Assembly (NCBI GenBank): GCA_965204575.1
Contig: OZ241993.1
Coordinates: forward strand, 1,040,586 to 1,104,585
Source of the DNA: an uncultured candidatus Porisulfidus sp.
GTDB taxonomy: Bacteria > Pseudomonadota > Gammaproteobacteria > Poriferisulfidales > Poriferisulfidaceae
Direction of reading: 5' to 3'
Length of the DNA: 64,000 bases
The position numbers and the translations under genes were made by a program. Numbering within the stretch: the stretch's first letter is position 1; each line of letters begins with the position of its first letter. Under the pieces are notes generated by a model. That model was not told the origin of the DNA. It made no database searches and was given only the letters and a program-made list of their open reading frames with translations. Below, piece after piece: positions 54,738 through 63,167 of the stretch.

Positions 54738-55031
54738 ATGAAGAAAACCATACCCGCGCTGATCCTGATGCTGGCCTTGTCCCCGGCATACGGATTGGCA
54801 CCTAAACCCCGACCCCTTGTGGACATCTGCAAGGATCACTTCGAAAGAAGTTCCGCCTACCAGAGTTGCACCGATATTCAATATGCGGATGTCGGCGGCG
54901 GCTACTGCAAGGTCATGGCGTGGTGCCGCTCGGTAAATGAAACGCTATCTTCCACGTCCAAGAGGACAAAGCCGTCGGAGGCCGACGAACTGTACAACTG
55001 TCAGGGCCAGTTGACGATCAAGGTTTGCTGA
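54738..55031 (+). CDS. Small secreted cysteine-rich protein of unknown function
   Basis: Signal peptide MKKTIPALILMLALSPAYG|L. Six Cys in about 78 mature residues. Confidence 0.5.
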   Translation: MKKTIPALILMLALSPAYGLAPKPRPLVDICKDHFERSSAYQSCTDIQYADVGGGYCKVMAWCRSVNETLSSTSKRTKPSEADELYNCQGQLTIKVC

Positions 55032-55083
55032 TGGCCGGAGCAACGAGGCTAATCGTGAGCGGCGTGTTCGCCTGACCTGGGCC

Positions 55084-56055
55084 ATGCCTTCCGGGGAACC
55101 CGTGCTGGTCACCGGCGGGGCTGGCTACGTGGGCAGCCATGTGGCGCTGGCGCTTCGCGAGGCGGGCTACCCTGCCGTGGTCCTCGACGACCTCTCCACG
55201 GGGCGGCGCGAGGCGGTGCCCGACGGGGTTGGATTCATCGAGGGCGATGTCGGCGACCGGGTCGCCGTCGGCCGCATCCTCGGGGAATCCCGCATCGCCG
55301 CCGTCGTGCATTGCGCCGCCAGCGTCAGCGTCCCCGAATCCGTGCGCGACCCGCTACGCTACTACCGCAACAACAACAGTGCGGGCACGGGCTTGGTCCG
55401 CGCCTGCGTCGAGGCCGGGGTGGGACGCTTCGTCTTCTCGTCGACCGCCTCGGTGTACGGCGTGCCGCGCACGGTGCCGATCCCCGAGGATGCCCTGACC
55501 CTCCCCATCAATCCCTACGGATGCTCCAAGCTGGCCTCCGAATGGATGCTGCGCGATGTCGCGGCGGCCCACGACTTCCGCTGCATCACGCTGCGCTGCT
55601 TCAATGCGGCCGGGGCCGACCCCCGGGGCCGGGCCGGGTCGGATGGCCCGGATTCCGGACACCTGATCGAGGTCGCCTGTGCGGCCCTCGCCGGCCGCCG
55701 CGACCGCGTCACCGTGTACGGCACGGACTACGGGACGGCGGACGGCACCTGCGTGCGGGATTACGTCCACGTGTCGGATCTCGCCGCAGCCCATGTCGCC
55801 GCGCTGCGCGAGCTCGAGGACGGGGGGGAAGGCGGCGTGTTCAACTGCGGCTACGGACGCGGCTTCTCGGTCCGCGAGGTGTTGGAGACGGTGCAGGCCG
55901 AGGCGCGCGTGCGCCTCGACATCCGCGACGGGCCGCGTCGCGCCGGCGACCCCCCGGTGCTGATCGCCGAGGCGTCGAGAATTCGACGGACGCTGCGCTG
56001 GTCGCCGCGCTTCGACGACCTCGCCGTGATCGTCCGCACCGCACTCGCCCGCTGA
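55084..56055 (+). CDS. galE: UDP-glucose 4-epimerase
   Basis: VLVTGGAGYVGSH NAD motif, YGCSKLASE (YxxxK), DYVHVSDLA. 323 aa. Confidence 0.9.
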   Translation: MPSGEPVLVTGGAGYVGSHVALALREAGYPAVVLDDLSTGRREAVPDGVGFIEGDVGDRVAVGRILGESRIAAVVHCAASVSVPESVRDPLRYYRNNNSAGTGLVRACVEAGVGRFVFSSTASVYGVPRTVPIPEDALTLPINPYGCSKLASEWMLRDVAAAHDFRCITLRCFNAAGADPRGRAGSDGPDSGHLIEVACAALAGRRDRVTVYGTDYGTADGTCVRDYVHVSDLAAAHVAALRELEDGGEGGVFNCGYGRGFSVREVLETVQAEARVRLDIRDGPRRAGDPPVLIAEASRIRRTLRWSPRFDDLAVIVRTALAR

Positions 56056-56207
56056 AACCGGCTTCCCGTCGCCGGGACCAGGCGAAGGCCGCGCCCGTGT
56101 GACCGGGGTCCGTATCCGGGCAGGGCCACGTCTTCGGGCGTGTAATGGCGCAGGAACGGCTTGCCGGGCGTGCCGCGGCGGTTGTCGAGCCTGCCGCTCT
56201 CGCGGCA

Positions 56208-56450
56208 TCATGCGAGCAGCCGGGTCAACTGCGCCCGCGACAGCCCGGTGGCCTTGCCCAGGTATGCCTTGAACGCCCCCTTGTCGGCCTTGCCCAGGTG
56301 CGGGCAGTCAAACTGCCGGCAGGTGGCTTCGGTGAAGCGGCAGGCGTCGCAGCGGGAGACCGGCTCCAGGTCGAACGAGTCGTTGCCGGCGGTGAAGTCG
56401 CGCAGGTCCTGCAGGGTCCGGATGCGTCGGGTGTTTAGCTTCAAGATCAT
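56208..56450 (-). pseudogene. N-terminal fragment (80 aa) of an integrase/transposase-type gene
   Basis: MILKLNTRRIRTLQDLRDFTAGNDSFDLEP...LGKADKGAFKAYLGKATGLSRAQLTRLLA-stop resembles, from memory, the HTH N-terminus of DDE integrase-core transposases. No catalytic domain follows. Confidence 0.5.
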
Positions 56451-56543
56451 CCTTCGGATGATCCCGCAGCCCTTCAGGCTCCTGTCTCGTTGGAAATGGT
56501 ATGAAGGCCGCCTTGGTTTTGGCGGGCGGATCATCAGGAGAGA

Positions 56544-56634
56544 GAGGCGAACCCTCCAGCCTGGTTGCTGGAAACCGATATTGTCCACCTGGGGCACTTT
56601 AGATGCCGTACCGGACTGCTGGAGGGTTCGCCTC
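56544..56634. repeat. 17-bp perfect inverted repeat with a 57-nt spacer
   Basis: gaggcgaaccctccagc (56544-56560) and gctggagggttcgcctc (56618-56634), upstream of the transposase fragment. Confidence 0.7.
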
Positions 56635-56722
56635 CTCATCCGATCAGATCCAGGCCGGGCGGCCTTTATAATGGCAATCCACAAATGACGGGCTTCGGAA
56701 GCATCGGAGCATCGGCCAAACA

Positions 56723-57349
56723 ATGGAAGGACCCGACATCGTCTGCGTTCACCAGACCAACTTCCTGGAAAAGGAGGAAGCGCTCCGCCTGCGCGACCAG
56801 ATGGCCCAGGCCATCTCCCTGCACGGAAGCCAGGGGACCGTGGGCAGCAGAGACGGGAATTTCAGCGTCGACAAAACCTACCGGAACTCCAAGATCTACT
56901 TCCTCGACCCGTGGAACCCGCCCGACTGCATGGACGGCGACCTGGTGCGGGCGGTGTTCTACAAGATCGCCGGGTTTGCGGAAATCGCCTGCCGCACCAC
57001 CCTCAAGCACCTTGACATCCGCCTGAACGATCTCGCCGGCACCCCGCTTCAACTCGGCCGCTACCGGGTGGGCGAGCGGTACGAGGAGCATTCCGACAAC
57101 AGCGAGAGTTCGCATAAGGGGCGGCTGCTCTCGATCTCCGTGACCGTCTCGAGCGCCCGCGAGGGCGGCCACCTCTTGCTCAGGCGGCTTCCTCCGAGCA
57201 GTCCGGCGGTCGAGGAAATCCGGCAGGACCGGGCCATCGTCGCCTTTCCGAGCTGGGAACGGCACAGCGTGAGCGCCGTCGAGCAAGGGGAACGCTATTC
57301 GATCGTGACGTGGTTCGAAGGCACGCGCGGAAGCCCGGGGCAGCGGTGA
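56723..57349 (+). CDS. P4H-like 2OG-Fe(II) oxygenase (2OG-FeII_Oxy_3 type), candidate prolyl hydroxylase
   Basis: YRVGERYEEHSD (HxD), GRLLSISVTVSSAREGGHL and VAFPSWERHSVSAVEQGERYSIVTWF (distal His and Arg). Confidence 0.75.
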   Translation: MEGPDIVCVHQTNFLEKEEALRLRDQMAQAISLHGSQGTVGSRDGNFSVDKTYRNSKIYFLDPWNPPDCMDGDLVRAVFYKIAGFAEIACRTTLKHLDIRLNDLAGTPLQLGRYRVGERYEEHSDNSESSHKGRLLSISVTVSSAREGGHLLLRRLPPSSPAVEEIRQDRAIVAFPSWERHSVSAVEQGERYSIVTWFEGTRGSPGQR

Positions 57350-57887
57350 CCGAGGCCCTGGGCCCGGACGCGGAAGGCGGGGCCGCCAGGCAGGCGGAAA
57401 CGGAAGAGGGCGTCGGCAGCGCCCTGCCCGAGGCGAGCAACTCACAAGTGCGGTGAATCAAGCGGCAGGCCTGCGGCTACCGCAGCCGCGAACGCGCCCG
57501 CCAAGCCATCTGCTTCCACCTCGGCGGGCCCGGCCTTTGTCCGGGACCTCCGTTCCAATTCCGTGAAGCCCCCCGCACATAGTCGGTCTCCATAGCGTAT
57601 ATAAGGATAAATGCACACAGGCAATGAGGGCAATGAGGGTGCGCGTGGGTTAGGCAATAATGGTAAGATAATCCTGCACCTGAAATGGATACGGTGCCTT
57701 GTATGGATGATTTGTACGGGAGAAGAAAATGGAAGCATTTGATTGGGTTCTCGGCTCCGTACAGATTGTAATTTTAGGATTTTTGTGGACACTGCATAAG
57801 GACATGTCTCGTCTTGGTGAACGAGTAGCTAAGCTTGAAGGATTGTTTGAAGGATTTATTCGTACAGATAGAGAAAGCACCGCATAA

Positions 57888-58112
57888 TCACGAAGTCAAT
57901 TCCTTGCAGGTGATGGTCTTGCCGGCCATCGCCCGGAACAGATCGTCCAGTCGGTCCTGAGTGTGCCGCTCGCAGTTGCCTGCGTTCAGGCGAAAGGTGG
58001 GCTCGTGACAGAGGGCAGATGGATGAACGAAGACAGCCGTGACGCCTGCGTGGGCCTTCAGTGGGCCTTCAGTCACGGTGTCGCGCTTGGCCCACAGGGT
58101 CCAGAGAGACAC
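57888..58112 (-). other. Gene fragment of unknown identity; its last ~16 codons recur at ~1387-1436 on the opposite strand
   Basis: ...DRLDDLFRAMAGKTITCKELTS-stop, against ...TTLFRAMVGKTITCKEPTS in the clpB-proximal insert. 21 nt (aagaccatcacctgcaaggaa) are identical. Confidence 0.3.
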
Positions 58113-58219
58113 CGGAACGCTTTGGTGTAAATAGGATAAATGAAAATCTAAATTTCAAGTATCCTAAAACTACAGATCATTTTTCTGCTTTTCCCCGGAA
58201 CCGGCCATGAGGGGATACC

Positions 58220-60862
58220 CTATTCGCGCAGGGAGTCCCCGAGTTCCTTGATGTGCTGGCGCAGGGTATCGGAGATCTGCGTCTGCATCTTGGGGTCCCG
58301 GATCGGGCGGGACTTGGCGTCGGTCACGGTGAACACGTCCTGCACCTGCGCGCCCAGGGTCGTGATCCGCGCCTGGGTGATCCGGACCTGGCACGAGTCG
58401 AGGGCCCGGCTGACGGTCCACAGCAGGCCCGGGTGGTCGGAAGTCGAGAGGTTGATCCGGGTCTCGGGCGGGGTCTCGCGCTGCACGAATTCGATTTCGG
58501 TCGGGAGGTCGAAGTGCCGGGTCCGCCGTTTCGGTCGACGCAGCACCGGGCGGTCGAAGTCCCCCGGCGCCTGCGCCACGTTCTGCAGGGTGGTGCGCAT
58601 TTCCTCCAGCGCATAGCGTTCGCTGATCGGATGACCGTCGACGTCGGTCACCAGGAAGGTCTGCAGGATGTGGTGGTCGCGGGTCTTGGTGATGCGCGCG
58701 TACAGCACGTTCGCGCCGAGCCGGGCGAGCGCCGCCGTGAGCGGGACGAACAGGCGGGCATGGCTTTCATCGTAGACCAGCACTTCCGTGCAGTGATGCA
58801 CGCCCTGGTGGCGCACGAACACCTGGGTCGGGATTCCGGGGTTGCGGCCGACAATGCACTCGGTCTGCCAGGCCAGTTCGTCGTCGGTGTAGTGCAGGAG
58901 GTCGCCGTCGGACAGGGAGTCCCAGAACCGGTGGCAGGCGGCCGGTTCGCCTTGGGAGACTTTCGCGAGTGCCGAAGTCTTGAGGTCGTCGATCTGCCGT
59001 GCCGCGTCGAACGGCCGGTCCAGGCCGCGCTGCAACTGCTGGTCGGTCGCGACGTACAGCTGGTACAACAGTGCTTCGCGCCAGGGCGTCCACAGCGCCG
59101 GGTTGGTGCCGCGCAGGTCGGCGACCGTCAGCAGGAAGAGGCCGCGCAGGCGAACCCCGTTTCCGACCAGCCCCGCGAACTGGCTCACCACGTCCGGGTC
59201 GCTGATATCGCGCTTCTGCGACGTCATCGACATCTGCAGGTGATGCTCGACCAGCCAGTGAACCATGCCGGCGTCGTAGGCGCTCAGATGGTGATTCAGG
59301 CAAAACTCCCGGGCGAGCCTGCTGCCGATGCTGGAATGGTCGCCGTCGCGCCCCTTGCCGATGTCGTGGAACAGGGCCGCGAGGTACAGCAGTTCGGGCT
59401 TGGGGAATTGCAGGAACAGCTCGCGGTAGAGGGGGTTTTCGCCTTTCCGGACCGTCTTGGTGATATGCCGCAACTCGGTCAGCACCCGCAGGGTGTGCTC
59501 GTCCACCGGGTGGATGTGGAACAGGTCGTACTGCATCATGCCGACCACCTTCGCGAAGTCCGGCCAGTACCGGCGCAGGACGCCGTAACGGTTCATGCGG
59601 CGCAGTTCGCGGGCGACGTGCTGGGGCTGGCGCAGGATCTCCATGAACAGGCTCTTGGAGGCCAGCCGGGCGCGGAAGGCGTCGTCGATCCGATGCAGGC
59701 TGGCGCGGACCGACCGGATGGTGCGCGCCCGCACGCCCTCGATTTCGGGGTTTTGCTGCAGCAGCAGGAACAGTTCCAGAAGCCCTTGGGGGTGGCGCTC
59801 GAAGACCTGCTCGTTGCGGGTCTCCAGGTAGCCGTCCAGGGCCTGGAAATAGGCGTTCAGGGGCCTCGGGGCATTGCGGCTGGGCGGTTGCAGGCTCTCG
59901 CGGTACTGCTGGCCGAGCACTTCGGCGAGACGATCGATCTCGCTGGTCGTGCGGTAAAAGTCCTGCATGAACGACTCGACGGTATGGTTGACGGTGTCGC
60001 CCTGGTAGCCGAGCCGCTCGGCGATCGGGCGCTGGTAGTTGAACAGCAGGCGCTCTTCGGCCTGGCCGCTGGCCTCGTGCAGGGCGAAACGCACCCGCCA
60101 CAGGAACCGCTCTCCCTCGTGCAGCAGTTCCAGTTCCTCCGGCTCGCAGAAGTCCGACGGGCTCTCGATGTCTTCGTGCCGCTTCAGGATCCAGTGCAGG
60201 GTCTGGATGTCGCGCAGTCCGCCGGGCCCCTCCTTGATGTTGGGCTCCAGCCGGTAGTTGCTGCCGCCGAACTGCCGGTGGCGGAATTCCTGCTCCGTGA
60301 CCTTGCCTTGAAAGAATTGCCCGTGGGTCCACAGGGGCGCCCGGAACAGCCCGATCCGGGGCACCAGGTTGCCTTCCAGGTCGCGGGCCAGCTTGGAACT
60401 CCCGCACAGGTGCCTCATCTCGAGCCAACTGGTCATCAGGGTGATATCGTCGCGGGCGTCCTGGCGGCACTGGTGAACGGTGCGCACGCTCTGCGACAAC
60501 TTCAGCCCGCCGTCCCACAGGGCCTGGAAGAACGGGCCCAGTTCCTCCGGGGCGCGCCGCCCCCGGTACAGGGCCAGGATGTCGATATCGGAATAGGGGT
60601 GAAGTTCGCCCCGGCCGTAGCCGCCAACCGCGAGCAAAGCGAGATCCTCGACCTCATTCAACCGGTACTCGCGCCACAACACCTGCAGCATCCGGTCGAT
60701 GAGTTCGGCCCGTGCGTGGATCAGTTCGGCAATGTCATGGTCCGGGAAGCGTTCCGACAGGAACTGCTGGATCGCCTCGGTCCACCGCTTCCAGCTTGCG
60801 GGGCCGGCATCCTGCGGCGAGGGATGCGCGTTGAGGCAGGCCTGGGCCAGGTCGGTTCTCAC
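58220..60862 (-). CDS. glnD: Bifunctional uridylyltransferase/uridylyl-removing enzyme GlnD
   Basis: GGYGRGELHPYSDIDIL nucleotidyltransferase motif, HD domain (LFHDIGKG) and two C-terminal ACT domains. The GTG start overlaps the map stop (GTGA). 881 aa. Confidence 0.93.
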   Translation of the reverse strand: MRTDLAQACLNAHPSPQDAGPASWKRWTEAIQQFLSERFPDHDIAELIHARAELIDRMLQVLWREYRLNEVEDLALLAVGGYGRGELHPYSDIDILALYRGRRAPEELGPFFQALWDGGLKLSQSVRTVHQCRQDARDDITLMTSWLEMRHLCGSSKLARDLEGNLVPRIGLFRAPLWTHGQFFQGKVTEQEFRHRQFGGSNYRLEPNIKEGPGGLRDIQTLHWILKRHEDIESPSDFCEPEELELLHEGERFLWRVRFALHEASGQAEERLLFNYQRPIAERLGYQGDTVNHTVESFMQDFYRTTSEIDRLAEVLGQQYRESLQPPSRNAPRPLNAYFQALDGYLETRNEQVFERHPQGLLELFLLLQQNPEIEGVRARTIRSVRASLHRIDDAFRARLASKSLFMEILRQPQHVARELRRMNRYGVLRRYWPDFAKVVGMMQYDLFHIHPVDEHTLRVLTELRHITKTVRKGENPLYRELFLQFPKPELLYLAALFHDIGKGRDGDHSSIGSRLAREFCLNHHLSAYDAGMVHWLVEHHLQMSMTSQKRDISDPDVVSQFAGLVGNGVRLRGLFLLTVADLRGTNPALWTPWREALLYQLYVATDQQLQRGLDRPFDAARQIDDLKTSALAKVSQGEPAACHRFWDSLSDGDLLHYTDDELAWQTECIVGRNPGIPTQVFVRHQGVHHCTEVLVYDESHARLFVPLTAALARLGANVLYARITKTRDHHILQTFLVTDVDGHPISERYALEEMRTTLQNVAQAPGDFDRPVLRRPKRRTRHFDLPTEIEFVQRETPPETRINLSTSDHPGLLWTVSRALDSCQVRITQARITTLGAQVQDVFTVTDAKSRPIRDPKMQTQISDTLRQHIKELGDSLRE

Positions 60863-61629
60863 GGGAACCGTTCGTCGGGCCGGGCGGTCAGCACCTCGAA
60901 GCCGTCCCCGGTGACCAGGATGGTGTGCTCCCACTGGGCCGACAGGCTGTGGTCGCACGTGACCACGGTCCACTGGTCCGGCAACAGCCGCACCTGCGGC
61001 ATCCCGGCGTTGATCATCGGTTCGACCGTGAAGGTCATCCCGGGCTTCAGCGCCATCCCGGTGCCGGCCTTGCCGTAGTGCAGGACTTGCGGGTCCTCGT
61101 GGAATTCGCGCCCGATGCCATGGCCGCAGTATTCGCGCACCACGGACAGGTTGCGGGCCTCCGCGAAGCTCTGGATGGCATGGCCGAGGTCGCCGAGCTG
61201 GAGGCCCGGGCGCACCAGGCAGATGGCCCGGTGCATCGCCTCGTAGGTCAGGTCGACCAGCCGGCGGGCCTGCACCGACGGCTTGCCGAGCAAAAACATG
61301 CGGCTGGTGTCGCCGTGGTAGCCGTCCTTGATGACGGTGACGTCGATGTTGAGGATATCGCCGCGCTTGAGCTTGCGGTCGGAGGGGATGCCGTGGCAGA
61401 CCTGGTGGTTGAGCGTGGTGCAGACGGATTTCGGGAAGCCGAGGTAGTTCAGCGGGGCCGGGACGGCGTCCTGCTTCTCCGTGATGTGACGGTGGCACAG
61501 GTCGTTGAGGTAATCCGTGGTGACCCCGACCTTGACGTGCTCGGCGATCATTTCCAGCACTTCCGCGGCGAGGCGCCCGGCGGTACGCATCTTCTCCACT
61601 TCGTCGGAGGTTTTGATGGTGACGGGCAT
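60859..61629 (-). CDS. map: Methionine aminopeptidase type I
   Basis: FPKSVCTTLNHQVCHGIP, DVTVIKDGYHGDTS, CGHGIG and EPMIN metal-ligand motifs. Confidence 0.95.
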   Translation of the reverse strand: MPVTIKTSDEVEKMRTAGRLAAEVLEMIAEHVKVGVTTDYLNDLCHRHITEKQDAVPAPLNYLGFPKSVCTTLNHQVCHGIPSDRKLKRGDILNIDVTVIKDGYHGDTSRMFLLGKPSVQARRLVDLTYEAMHRAICLVRPGLQLGDLGHAIQSFAEARNLSVVREYCGHGIGREFHEDPQVLHYGKAGTGMALKPGMTFTVEPMINAGMPQVRLLPDQWTVVTCDHSLSAQWEHTILVTGDGFEVLTARPDERFP

Positions 61630-61783
61630 GGCGGCGTGTGCGTCGGGAATCGTTTGGCGGCGGGGTTCCTATTATGGGCTATCGGGTCGTCAGGCGTGCG
61701 GCTGAGAGCTGCCTGTGTGGGAGGACAAGCGTGCAATTATGTTAGAATTATAGATATATTTCTGACATTTTTCCAGGAAAGCC

Positions 61784-62380
61784 ATGAAGAGCCTTCCGAA
61801 ACGCATCATGGAGCATGCGCAATCCCTGCCGGAAGCGGCGCCGCTGTGCGCGGGCGCCCTGCTGCACCTGGGCAACCGGGCCGCGGTCGACCAGTCGCTG
61901 TCGCGCCTGGCGAAGTCCGGGAAACTCTTGCGGGTCTGTCAGGGAGTCTATGTGCGACCCATTGAAACGCGCTTCGGCCTGCGCAACCCCTCTACCAGGC
62001 AGGCTGTCCGGGCGCTTTCGGAATTGTGGGGAGAAACTGTGGTCCCATGTGGCGGGGGAGCCGCCAGTGCCCTCGGCTTGACGACCCAGAATCCCGTCCA
62101 GTCGGTTTACCTGACTTCGGGGGCTGACCGCGAGCTACGGTTCGGGGCCCTGTCCGTGCTGTGGCGCCACGCTCCGCGCTGGCAACTGGTCGCGCCGAAC
62201 CGGCTGGCCGGCGCCGTCGTTCGGGCGCTGTCCTGGCTGCATCGCGAAGAGGCGGAAGAGGCGCTCAGGCAAGTCCTGCCCAATCTTTCCGAAGAGGACA
62301 AGGCCGAATTGCTCGAGGTTCGGGCGGTTATTCCGACTTGGATGGCGCAGGCCGTCAGCGAGGTGGTGGCCGGTGGCTGA
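61784..62380 (+). CDS. AbiEi-family (type IV TA) antitoxin-like protein
   Basis: AVDQSLSRLAKSGKLLRVCQGVYVRP wHTH typical of AbiEi/DUF6088 proteins. Followed by an AbiEii-like N-terminal stub. Confidence 0.65.
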   Translation: MKSLPKRIMEHAQSLPEAAPLCAGALLHLGNRAAVDQSLSRLAKSGKLLRVCQGVYVRPIETRFGLRNPSTRQAVRALSELWGETVVPCGGGAASALGLTTQNPVQSVYLTSGADRELRFGALSVLWRHAPRWQLVAPNRLAGAVVRALSWLHREEAEEALRQVLPNLSEEDKAELLEVRAVIPTWMAQAVSEVVAGG

Positions 62381-62477
62381 AACTTTTCTCCGTCTCTTGT
62401 CGGACGATGATCGGCGAGACCTTCTGGACCTTGTTGCAGGAATGCACGCGCGGTCTGACCATGTAGCACCTTTTTAG
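62373..62477 (+). pseudogene. Truncated AbiEii-type nucleotidyltransferase toxin (34 codons only)
   Basis: VAETFLRLLSDDDRRDLLDLVAGMHARSDHVAPF-stop resembles the N-terminus of AbiEii/DUF1814 proteins. Overlaps the AbiEi stop. Confidence 0.45.
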
Positions 62478-62525
62478 ACATCACTTGATGTATAATTTAT
62501 GCATCATTCCCGGATGGAGGCCGGC

Positions 62526-62729
62526 ATGCGAACGACCCTGAACATCGACGAGACCCTGCTGGCGCAGGCGCGGCTGCTCACCGACATCGAGTCGAAATCG
62601 AAGTTGGTGCGCGAGGCGCTGAGGGCGCTGGTGGAGCGGGAGAGTGCCCGCCGGCTCGCGAAACTGGGTGGCAGCCAGCCTGAACTTCTGGACGTTCCGC
62701 GCCGCCGTCTCGCCGATGATCCTGGTTGA
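62526..62729 (+). CDS. vapB: VapB antitoxin (DUF2191-type)
   Basis: MRTTLNIDETLLAQARLLTDIESKSKLVREALRALVE. Confidence 0.85.
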   Translation: MRTTLNIDETLLAQARLLTDIESKSKLVREALRALVERESARRLAKLGGSQPELLDVPRRRLADDPG

Positions 62730-63087
62730 CACCTCGGTCTGGGTCGAGCATTTCCGCGTCGGCAACGAGGCGCTGGTCCGCCTGCTCGATGAACATCAGG
62801 TGTGGGTCCATCCGTTCGTAATCGGCGAGGTCGCCTGCGGCAACCTCGAGGATCGCAAGGAAATTCTGTCGGGGCTCACGCATCTTCCCGCGGTGCCGGT
62901 GGCGACGCATTCCGAGGTGCTGTTCTTCTTGGAGCGGAACCGGTTGGCAGGGCTCGGCATCGGCTACATCGACCTGCACTTGCTGGCGTCGGCATCGCTG
63001 GCGCCGCCGATGCGGCTGTGGACGCGGGACCGGCGTCTCGGGACGGTGGCGGACGGCATGGATTGCGCTTATGGACGCCACCACTAG
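62716..63087 (+). CDS. vapC: PIN-domain toxin VapC
   Basis: MILVDTSVWVEHFR...IGYIDLHLLASA. Overlaps the vapB end. Confidence 0.85.
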   Translation: MILVDTSVWVEHFRVGNEALVRLLDEHQVWVHPFVIGEVACGNLEDRKEILSGLTHLPAVPVATHSEVLFFLERNRLAGLGIGYIDLHLLASASLAPPMRLWTRDRRLGTVADGMDCAYGRHH

Positions 63088-63167
63088 GGCAAAGGATTTG
63101 ACATGCATGTTCTACAATATGCTCCGTACAGTTACATAGACCCGTCAACCGTGCTGGAATAGGGCAG

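Noticed and set aside
58220-61498. A 1092-aa ORF suggesting a giant GlnD fusion
   Set aside because: The first 212 codons overlap map (60859-61629) in another frame and are Arg/Pro-rich noise. GlnD homology begins at the GTG at 60862, which overlaps the map stop.
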